Part shown: piece after piece, positions 56,343-64,000 of the stretch
Position numbering within the stretch: position 1 is the stretch's first letter
Layout of the letters: each line of letters starts with the position of its first letter
Assembly: GCA_964005815.1 (NCBI GenBank)
Contig: CAXFSR010000017.1
Span: 1-64,000, forward strand
Reading direction: 5' to 3'
Source of the DNA: an uncultured Nitrospinaceae bacterium
Lineage (GTDB): Bacteria; UBA8248
Length of the DNA: 64,000 nucleotides
Translations under genes and position numbers: made by a program
The notes under the pieces: generated by a model
Database searches by the model: none
What the model saw: the letters and a program-made list of their open reading frames with translations, nothing else
Told to the model about the DNA's origin: nothing

Positions 56343-56620
56343 CTCTATCTCCTTAGAGAGAGAAAAATAAATAAAAGTTAAAATTCAATAAAAAAACAAA
56401 GGGATACTAACCCTGTAGTAAAAAAACAACAAGTCCAAAAAAAGTAGTAAAGCGATTTAATAAAGATTACTTATAACAAAATAAAATTATACTGAACAAC
56501 TCCAATAAAAAGAAACTTAAAAAAAAACCGTTTTCTTTAATTTAGTTTGACAAAAAAATATTTCAGAAAGATTATAAAAAACTATAGAATTTTTAAAATC
56601 TTGAAAGAGGACTTTAGATT

Positions 56621-57769
56621 ATGTTGTTTGATTTGGATGAATCTCAAAAGATGCTGAAAGAAACTGTTAGAGAACTATCTGAAAGACACATTAAACCTAG
56701 AGCATCTGAAATTGATGAAAAAGAAGAATATCCTGAGGATATTTTTCAACTCCTTAAAGAACATGAACTATTGGGTATTTTCTTACCTGAAGAATATCAT
56801 GGGGCAGGAATGGGTTTTCTTGGAGGTTGTATAGTTATAGAAGAAATAGCAAGATTTTGCTCAAACAGTCCTCTTTTTATAGTTTTGAATATGCTTTCTA
56901 GTAGAATAATTCAACTAAGTGGAAATCAAGAACAAAAGGATCAATATCTAAAAGGTTTGGCTAAAGGAGAGTTAAGAGGCTCTTATGCCTTGACTGAACC
57001 ACATGCTGGTTCGGACGCAGGAAATATAAGGACTAGAGCATCCTTAGAAGGGGGAGAATGGGTACTGAATGGAACAAAATGTTATTGTAGCGGACCTGAC
57101 AAAGCTGATTTTATTACTGTTGCTGCAAAAACAGATTTTAACGCTGGGACTAAAGGTATCACTTACTTTATTGTACCAACTAATACAGATGGCTTCAGTA
57201 TTGGTCGTCATGAAAAAAAAATGGGAATGAAGGGCATATCTACATGTATTCTAAATTTTGAAAACGTTGCAATTCCTAAAGAAAACCAAATTGGAGAACT
57301 TAATAAAGGATTTAAATCTGCAATGATCGGATTTAATCAAATGCGTCCTGCAATAGGCGCGCGAGCTGTTGGTCTTGCTCAAGGGTGTTTCGATTATGCA
57401 AAAAACTACTCTAAGGAAAGAGAAGCTTTTGGTACTTCAATTTCTAATTTTCAGGCAATCCAATTTATGCTTGCAGATATGTTTATGCAAATTGAAGCAT
57501 CTCGACTTTTGGTGCATAAAGCAGCGAGTCTAGTGGACACAGGTCAAATAGGAAAAGAAAATGCTCGTTACTTTTCTACTGCAAAAACATTTGCTGCAGA
57601 TATGGCAATGAAAGTAGCTATAGATAGCATACAAATATTAGGAGGAGCTGGATATATGAAAGACCATCCACTAGAAAGATTCATGAGGGATGCAAAGCAA
57701 ATACAAATAGTAGAAGGAACAAGCCAAATACAGCGACTGATCATCGCAAGAAACCTTTTAGATTCATAA
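56621..57769 (+). CDS. Acyl-CoA dehydrogenase
   Basis: ALTEPHAGSD, REAFG, QILGGAGY and IVEGTSQIQR. Confidence 0.95.
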   Translation: MLFDLDESQKMLKETVRELSERHIKPRASEIDEKEEYPEDIFQLLKEHELLGIFLPEEYHGAGMGFLGGCIVIEEIARFCSNSPLFIVLNMLSSRIIQLSGNQEQKDQYLKGLAKGELRGSYALTEPHAGSDAGNIRTRASLEGGEWVLNGTKCYCSGPDKADFITVAAKTDFNAGTKGITYFIVPTNTDGFSIGRHEKKMGMKGISTCILNFENVAIPKENQIGELNKGFKSAMIGFNQMRPAIGARAVGLAQGCFDYAKNYSKEREAFGTSISNFQAIQFMLADMFMQIEASRLLVHKAASLVDTGQIGKENARYFSTAKTFAADMAMKVAIDSIQILGGAGYMKDHPLERFMRDAKQIQIVEGTSQIQRLIIARNLLDS

Positions 57770-57810
57770 AAATAAATTATCAAACTTTTCAGAAAACAAC
57801 TGGGAAAAGA

Positions 57811-58680
57811 GTGAAAAAAACATTTTCTAAGAATATAATTGAAAGTTCACTTGTTGTTATAAGAGGTGGTGGTGATATCGCTTCTGGTATAGTTCAAAAA
57901 ATATTTCGTTCTGGTTTCCCAATAATTATTACAGAAACAGAAAATCCAACTATGGTCAGAAGAACTGTCTCCTTTGCTGAGTGTATATATTCTGGCCGAA
58001 CTGAAATTGAAGGGCTATTTTCAGAAATGGTTCAGGGAGATTCATTGACTGAAAAATTTAATTCTGCTCTTAGTTTATTAGAAAAGAATATAATCCCTGT
58101 TCTAGTCGACCCAGAGTGTAAAATAGTTAAACTCGCAAAACCCCAAATCTTAATAGATGCAATTCTTGCAAAAAAAAATCTTGGCACACACAAAAATAGT
58201 GCAAAGATTGTAATTGGAGTAGGACCAGGCTTTAATGCTGGTTCAGATTGTCATGCAGTGATAGAAACTGCAAGAGGACACGATATTGGTCGGATAATTT
58301 TCAGCGGGTTCGCCTCTGAGAATACTGGAGTACCCGGACCTATTGGAGGATATACAACCGAAAGACTTCTTCGTTCTCCTGCGAAAGGCAAATTTAAATC
58401 CATTAAAAAAATAGGGGACAAAGTATCTAAAGGAGACCTTGTAGCAAAAGTAGACGAACTGGAGATTTTTTCAGAGATACCTGGTGTTATTAGAGGATTA
58501 GTTAGGGACGATCTTTCAATTCCAAAAGGGTTTAAAGTTGGAGACATTGATCCCAGAGCAAAACCTGAACACTGTATGACTATTTCAGACAAATCAAGAA
58601 GTATTGCAGGAGGCGTTCTTGAAGCAATACTCATTTTACTCAACGAGAAAACAATCAAAAAGAACGGAGTCCAAAATTGA
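57811..58680 (+). CDS. yqeB: Selenium-dependent molybdenum hydroxylase system protein YqeB
   Basis: RGGGDIASG, VRRTVSF, DAILAKKNLGT, GVGPGF, IETARGH, NTGVPG, KVGDIDPR and ISDKSRSIAGGVLEA. Confidence 0.92.
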   Translation: MKKTFSKNIIESSLVVIRGGGDIASGIVQKIFRSGFPIIITETENPTMVRRTVSFAECIYSGRTEIEGLFSEMVQGDSLTEKFNSALSLLEKNIIPVLVDPECKIVKLAKPQILIDAILAKKNLGTHKNSAKIVIGVGPGFNAGSDCHAVIETARGHDIGRIIFSGFASENTGVPGPIGGYTTERLLRSPAKGKFKSIKKIGDKVSKGDLVAKVDELEIFSEIPGVIRGLVRDDLSIPKGFKVGDIDPRAKPEHCMTISDKSRSIAGGVLEAILILLNEKTIKKNGVQN

Positions 58681-59561
58681 CTATCGAAATCCGAGAGGAA
58701 ATCACAAAAAACGGGGTATATAAAATTGGCAGAAGTGAGATAAAAATCAATGAAAATATTGACAACCCTTACGTGCCTGATTCTCAGTTTTATCTACCCG
58801 TTGGAGATGATCTAGAAAAAACTGCTTGGGCCGTAAGCAAAGGACTTCCAGTAATTCTGATTGGAGAAACAGGAGTCGGGAAAACTCTTTTAGTCCGTCA
58901 CTTGGCTCAAATGACAAACAATGGATTTCGAAGAGTAAATTTGAATGGAATGACAACAGTAGATGAATTTGTAGGTAAACTGATGATTAACGAAAAAGGC
59001 ACTTATTGGGTCAATGGAATTCTTATAGATGCAATGGAATCAGGAGATTGGCTACTTATAGACGAAATAAACGCATGCCTTCCTGAAATTGCTTTTTGTC
59101 TTCATAGTCTCCTTGACGATGACAAAATGATAGTTTTAACAGAATACGATGGAAGAATAATTAAACCACATCCAAATTTTAGAGTTTTTGCAAGCATGAA
59201 TCCTAACGAAGATAGACGCTATGCAGGAACAAAAGCTCTCAATGAAGCTTTGTTAGACCGATTTCCAGTATCTATAAGAATGGGTTATCTTCCTTACGAA
59301 ATTGAAGTCGATGTTGTAATGAATCAAAGTGGAAATATGGACAAACAATTAGTTGGGAAAATGGTAAATGTTGCAAATGACGTCAGAGAGGCCATTGAAA
59401 ATGAAAAAATCTTTTGCACTTTTAGCACAAGAAGATTAATAGATTGGGCACGTATGTCCGAATCTTTTAGCGCTTCTGAATCAGCGATTTCTACAATTTA
59501 CGGCAAAATAAATGAATTCGATGCAAAAGTTATCGAAGACATAATTGACAATTACTTTTAA
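58677..59561 (+). CDS. MoxR-class AAA+ ATPase, CbbQ/NirQ/NorQ-like
   Basis: Walker A GETGVGKT, Walker B LLIDEIN, HPNFRVFASMNP, ALLDRF and C-terminal STRRL; TTGA overlap with yqeB. Confidence 0.9.
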   Translation: MTIEIREEITKNGVYKIGRSEIKINENIDNPYVPDSQFYLPVGDDLEKTAWAVSKGLPVILIGETGVGKTLLVRHLAQMTNNGFRRVNLNGMTTVDEFVGKLMINEKGTYWVNGILIDAMESGDWLLIDEINACLPEIAFCLHSLLDDDKMIVLTEYDGRIIKPHPNFRVFASMNPNEDRRYAGTKALNEALLDRFPVSIRMGYLPYEIEVDVVMNQSGNMDKQLVGKMVNVANDVREAIENEKIFCTFSTRRLIDWARMSESFSASESAISTIYGKINEFDAKVIEDIIDNYF

Positions 59562-59572
59562 AAAATAAACCT

Positions 59573-61327
59573 ATGGAAAAAAGAAGATTACGTTTAGAAA
59601 CCTTAGCACAGATAGTTTCTAAAAATTACGACCTCAACCTTGAATACGCGAACTCTGATTCACAAAATCTATCGAATTCAAAACAACAAGACATCCAAAT
59701 TGAAAAACCTGAAACATCCCTTAAGATCCTAAGTGGAAAAACAAATGAAAATCATTTCTTGAAATACCAAAAAGGTATGACCTTAATTCAAGCTGCTCAC
59801 TTAAGATTCAAAGAAAAGAAATGGCTAACTCAGATTTTATCTGACAACAAAGAAAAACCTGGGATTTTTCGTTTGTGGCATACATTGGATGATACTAGAT
59901 GCGAGAATCTTCTAACGTCCTTTCTTCCTGGAACAAAAAAGAATCTAATAGAGTTTATTAAACCTTCTATTGAATCTGCGAACTATTCTATAAAAACAGG
60001 AGAATTACCTCTTATTCAACAAATTCAACTAGGGATTTATCTAACAGGAGCAGTTTACATACGAGAAACAACTGAAAAAGATTTAGATCTTCAAACAATG
60101 AAATTACTTGACCCAAAGATCTTAAAAACTCTAAAAAATTTAAAAAACAAAATTAAAGACGCTTGTGAAACTACAGACGGAGAAATTACTTATAAGTGTT
60201 CACACGAAATATATGATTTTCTAAACCAGCAGTTTCACGAAAAGGATAAAGAAAATTTCTCAGAGGACACACTCCTAGATTCTGAAATAGAAGGAATTGA
60301 CGAAGAAAAAAATGACTCAAATGACACCGAAGAAAATCAAACTCAAGAGGCTATAATAAACAATGAAGATCAAGAAGAATTAATCTCTTTCACTGAAGAA
60401 GAAGCAACTACATTAGGCCACTGGTCTACCCCTTGGTTTCAATTAGAAAACAAAAAGAAAGAAATCCATCCTTCTGCAGTTGTTCAAGACGAACAAACTA
60501 TTATGACACCTCCCGAGGGGAAATCATCCGAATATTCAGAAATTTTAGAAAATATTTCAAGCGAAATTAAAGTCTTAACTGCAAAACTTTTACAGATTAT
60601 TCAAGAGAGAACTTACACACGATATGTAGGAAACTACAGATCAGGAAAACTGAACGGCCATAAACTTTGGAAACAGAGACTAGAAAAATTTAACCTCTTT
60701 CAAAGAAGAGAAGAACCCGAAAAATTAGATATATGTTTCAGTTTGCTGGTTGATGAAAGTGGTAGTATGAACAGAGAATCTAAATATCTCGCAGCAAGAG
60801 AAGCTACTGTTGTATTCGCTGAAGTATTAGATCGTATTCGTGTACCTTTTGAAGTTATAGGATATTCAACCGAAAATTCAGAGGCAGCAATGGCAGCTTC
60901 ACTTGGCCATATCCCGGCTTTCAAATTTAGGCATATACGTCATTCCAAATTACAGCATAGAATATACAAATCATTTGACGATACATTTTCACATACAAAA
61001 AATAGGCTGGTAAATATTTACCCTCGCTTTAACAACTGGGATGAAGAACATCTTCTTTTTGCATTTAAAAGAATTACACAAAGAAATGAAAAGGAGAAAA
61101 TTATTATTATCACTTCAGATGGTCAGCCTAATGGTGATGCTTCACACCTTATCTCAACTGCTACTCAAATCTCAAAAAACGGTGTTAGACTCATAGGCGT
61201 AGGGGTTGTAGACTCTTTTGTCGAACAAATTTATGAAAATCATATAGTAGTTAAAGAATTGTCACAGTTGACTCAAGAGATTGTACAAATCCTAAGAAAA
61301 GAATTACTGGAAAACAAATCGATATGA
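59573..61327 (+). CDS. VWA-domain protein (CbbO/NorD/CobT-like AAA+ adaptor)
   Basis: Acidic linker, SGKL, MIDAS LLVDESGSM and ITSDGQPN; follows the AAA+ gene. Confidence 0.87.
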   Translation: MEKRRLRLETLAQIVSKNYDLNLEYANSDSQNLSNSKQQDIQIEKPETSLKILSGKTNENHFLKYQKGMTLIQAAHLRFKEKKWLTQILSDNKEKPGIFRLWHTLDDTRCENLLTSFLPGTKKNLIEFIKPSIESANYSIKTGELPLIQQIQLGIYLTGAVYIRETTEKDLDLQTMKLLDPKILKTLKNLKNKIKDACETTDGEITYKCSHEIYDFLNQQFHEKDKENFSEDTLLDSEIEGIDEEKNDSNDTEENQTQEAIINNEDQEELISFTEEEATTLGHWSTPWFQLENKKKEIHPSAVVQDEQTIMTPPEGKSSEYSEILENISSEIKVLTAKLLQIIQERTYTRYVGNYRSGKLNGHKLWKQRLEKFNLFQRREEPEKLDICFSLLVDESGSMNRESKYLAAREATVVFAEVLDRIRVPFEVIGYSTENSEAAMAASLGHIPAFKFRHIRHSKLQHRIYKSFDDTFSHTKNRLVNIYPRFNNWDEEHLLFAFKRITQRNEKEKIIIITSDGQPNGDASHLISTATQISKNGVRLIGVGVVDSFVEQIYENHIVVKELSQLTQEIVQILRKELLENKSI

Positions 61328-62172
61328 AAAACACTTTTTTCAAATCAAATTTATTAAAAGCACTCGGCATACAAAAGGGGAACACTATTTCTGTGGTTGG
61401 AGGAGGAGGCAAAACTAGTATTATCAACAAACTTGCCAAAGAAGCCTCTGAATTTCATTCATGTCCTATTTTGATTACGACTACAACAAATATCTTTTCT
61501 CCCGACAAAGAACTAAAATTTACTACTATCCTGGGCAAAGATGACACAATCGATACAATGATAAAAAAAGAAACCAGTAATAAAAAAAAAATTTTCACAC
61601 TCGCCAGGAAAAGAATCGGAGAAGAAAAAATCCCAAATCAACCTAACAAAAATCTAAAAAAAATGAAGTTGAAAGGATTCGAAAATGAAAAAATCAAACG
61701 ATTTATGTCTAAAGAGAGAATTCTTTTTGTTGAAGCTGATGGTTCTAAAGGTCTACCAATTAAAGCTCCAAATAAGAATGAACCAGTAATTCCAATGGAA
61801 TCAGACTATATTTTGGGAGTTATTGGCTTAGATGCAATCGGCTTATCTGTTTCAAAAGAAAATGTTTTTAGGTTGAAACATTTTTGTAAGATAACTGGTC
61901 TAAAAGAAAGGATGAAAATTAGCCCAGAAAGTTTAGGTCTTTTAATTAAACATCCTAATGGAATTTTTCAAAATTCTCCTAAAAATGCTAAAAAAGCTAT
62001 TATTTTGAATAAGGCTGATTATATTGAAAATCTAGACGAAATCGAAAAAATCGCATATATTATCAATGAAAAGGGAGACTTCCCTATGACACTGACAGAT
62101 AGACTTATAGTAACGAGTTGTTCTTGGAATACTAGTTTGATATATATGCATGACCAAAATCGAAATCAATAA
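61324..62172 (+). CDS. yqeC: Selenium-dependent hydroxylase accessory protein YqeC
   Basis: VVGGGGKTS, ITTTT, VEADGSKGLPIKAP..EPVIP and NKAD; ATGA overlap with the VWA gene. Confidence 0.9.
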   Translation: MKNTFFKSNLLKALGIQKGNTISVVGGGGKTSIINKLAKEASEFHSCPILITTTTNIFSPDKELKFTTILGKDDTIDTMIKKETSNKKKIFTLARKRIGEEKIPNQPNKNLKKMKLKGFENEKIKRFMSKERILFVEADGSKGLPIKAPNKNEPVIPMESDYILGVIGLDAIGLSVSKENVFRLKHFCKITGLKERMKISPESLGLLIKHPNGIFQNSPKNAKKAIILNKADYIENLDEIEKIAYIINEKGDFPMTLTDRLIVTSCSWNTSLIYMHDQNRNQ

Positions 62173-62195
62173 CTATTTGATACAGGAATTTTCAA

Positions 62196-63329
62196 ATGTC
62201 AAAGAGTATTTTCAATACCATGGAAGATTTAATACAAAAGGGTGAATCCGCTTCTATTGCAACAATAGTGAATCGTAAAGGCTCCGCGCCTATGAGCAGT
62301 GATGCAAAAATGTTAGTGCATAAAGATGGAACTATCGAGGGTACAGTCGGCGGAGGCTGTCTTGAAGCCGAGGTATGGCAAACTGCCATGGACGTTTTGG
62401 AGAACAAGAAATCAGAAAAACTCCGTTTTGACTTAACAGAGCAAGATGCAGCGGACAGCGGACATATTTGCGGAGGAATTGTCGAGATTTTCGTAGAGCC
62501 CTTAGAAAGTTACAGTATCGAACTACTTTCAGCCGTCAATAAAATTAGACGAACAGGTGGGAGTGCTGCAATGGCTACACAGATATCACCTTCTGAGAAA
62601 GAAAATAATAAACTTTTAATTTTAAAAGATGGAAGCACAGTTGGGAGTTTATCCAAATATGAAGCCGAAATTTGGAGAGAAAGTTCACGAATCATGAGAG
62701 AAGGTCAACCCATAACTTTAGAATTTGACAAACAAAAAACAGACAATAACAACTCAAAAAAAACACGTGCGACAACAGAGATCTTCGTTGAACCTATAAC
62801 TACTCAACCTAAAATTTTTCTGTTTGGAGGAGGCCACGTTTCATTTTGCGTAGCTCAAACTGCTCACATGGCAGGATTTCGCACATCTATTGTAGAAGAT
62901 AGACCTAGCTTCGCAAATAAAGAAAGATTTCCAATGGCTGAGGACTTCTACGTAGGTGAATTTCCAGAAATATTTAATTCCCTTGAAATAGACGAGTCTA
63001 GCTATCTAGCAATTATTACACGTGGACATGCAAATGATGAAATAGTTTTGGAATGGGCACTTTCTACTCCTGCTCGCTACATTGGAATGATAGGGTCTAA
63101 AAGTAAGGTGCTTCTCACATATAGACATTTGCAGGAAAAAGGCTTTAGAAGAAAAGAACTTATAGAAAAAGTACATGCTCCTATCGGCCTAGATATAGGC
63201 GCAGATAGCCCAGGAGAAATTGCTGTTTCGATCGTTGCAGAATTAATTAAAGATAGAAGACTAGGTCAAGAATTAGCTCTAAAATCAATTCAATCTAAAC
63301 GAGTACCTTTCCCAAAAGAAAAGAAATAG
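62196..63329 (+). CDS. xdhC: XdhC/CoxF-family molybdenum cofactor chaperone
   Basis: GSAP, GTVGGGCLE, CGG, FGGGHV, YIGMIGS and APIGLDIGADSPGEIA. Confidence 0.92.
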   Translation: MSKSIFNTMEDLIQKGESASIATIVNRKGSAPMSSDAKMLVHKDGTIEGTVGGGCLEAEVWQTAMDVLENKKSEKLRFDLTEQDAADSGHICGGIVEIFVEPLESYSIELLSAVNKIRRTGGSAAMATQISPSEKENNKLLILKDGSTVGSLSKYEAEIWRESSRIMREGQPITLEFDKQKTDNNNSKKTRATTEIFVEPITTQPKIFLFGGGHVSFCVAQTAHMAGFRTSIVEDRPSFANKERFPMAEDFYVGEFPEIFNSLEIDESSYLAIITRGHANDEIVLEWALSTPARYIGMIGSKSKVLLTYRHLQEKGFRRKELIEKVHAPIGLDIGADSPGEIAVSIVAELIKDRRLGQELALKSIQSKRVPFPKEKK

Positions 63330-63411
63330 AAGGTAATCCTGTAAAAAAATTAACGAAGTATAGATTCATGCTTTATGTCAGATAAAACCATCACTCAAAA
63401 AGGAGGATGCT

Positions 63412-63942
63412 ATGACACAAAGAGATTTCCACATGGAAGATATGAAAAAGAGATATGCAAAATTCAGTGAAATGAAACTATCCAAACAAGCTTTTGTCGA
63501 CACACGTCTTCCCGAACACGAAAGAGATTTGTACAATGTGATTGGCAATGGAGTATCTGAAGATCCTGAACTAAAACCATCGATCGATACAGTTGAAGGG
63601 TTTAATATCCACTACGTTGGTGCCGAACCAGGAAAAGGAGCAGCGTTACACACACACACTACAGTCGAAGTATTTTTTGCTATGTCTGGAAAATGGTCGG
63701 TATACTGGGGAGAAAATGGAGAAAACAATATAGAACTTGATACCTTTGATATTATTTCAGTCCCTGAAGGAGTTATGCGAGGATTCAAAAATATCGGCGA
63801 CTCATATGCAAATTTGATGGCAATTCTAGGAGGAAACGACCCTGGAAAAATAGGTTGGGCAAAATCTGTTCTTGACCTTGCCGAGAAATCTGGATTGCGC
63901 CTTGATAGTTCCGGGAAAATCGTAGAACTAAATTCTACATAA
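63412..63942 (+). CDS. Cupin-domain protein
   Basis: PGKGAALHTH...EVF...G and DIISVPEG.MRGF.N; AGGAGG SD. Confidence 0.85.
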   Translation: MTQRDFHMEDMKKRYAKFSEMKLSKQAFVDTRLPEHERDLYNVIGNGVSEDPELKPSIDTVEGFNIHYVGAEPGKGAALHTHTTVEVFFAMSGKWSVYWGENGENNIELDTFDIISVPEGVMRGFKNIGDSYANLMAILGGNDPGKIGWAKSVLDLAEKSGLRLDSSGKIVELNST

Positions 63943-64000
63943 AAATAGTCAAAGAAACTCTAATTAGCAGAGATAGAGGAAAAGATTTTTCGTGATTTTA

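Noticed and set aside
58677..61327. Calling the AAA+/VWA pair cbbQO, norQD or cobST
   Set aside because: No Rubisco, NO reductase or cobalamin genes nearby; the context is Se/Mo cofactor maturation

Overview
AT-rich bacterial chromosome segment. Most of it (about 8.3-56.3 kb, minus strand) is housekeeping genes for aromatic amino-acid synthesis, the TCA cycle, pyrimidine synthesis, translation and DNA repair. The gene order is Nitrospinota/deltaproteobacteria-like (inference only). Two selenium-related loci stand out. (1) At 4.9-6.2 kb, four short ORFs in the track are better read as two divergent selenoprotein genes, an AhpD-like protein (CxxU) and an OsmC-like protein (UxxT). Each has an in-frame UGA at the expected catalytic Cys position, followed by a GC-rich SECIS-like hairpin. 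(2) At 57.8-63.3 kb, a translationally coupled yqeB - AAA+ ATPase - VWA - yqeC - xdhC cluster places a CbbQ/NorQ-like chaperone pair inside the labile-selenium molybdenum-hydroxylase maturation genes. Also present are tRNA-Leu(CAA), a PyrR attenuator, a stand-alone E. coli-like rpsD, two signal peptides disconnected from their genes at homopolymer runs, and frequent TTG starts. No CRISPR array, transposase or integrase was seen. All calls come from reading motifs by eye; no searches were run.
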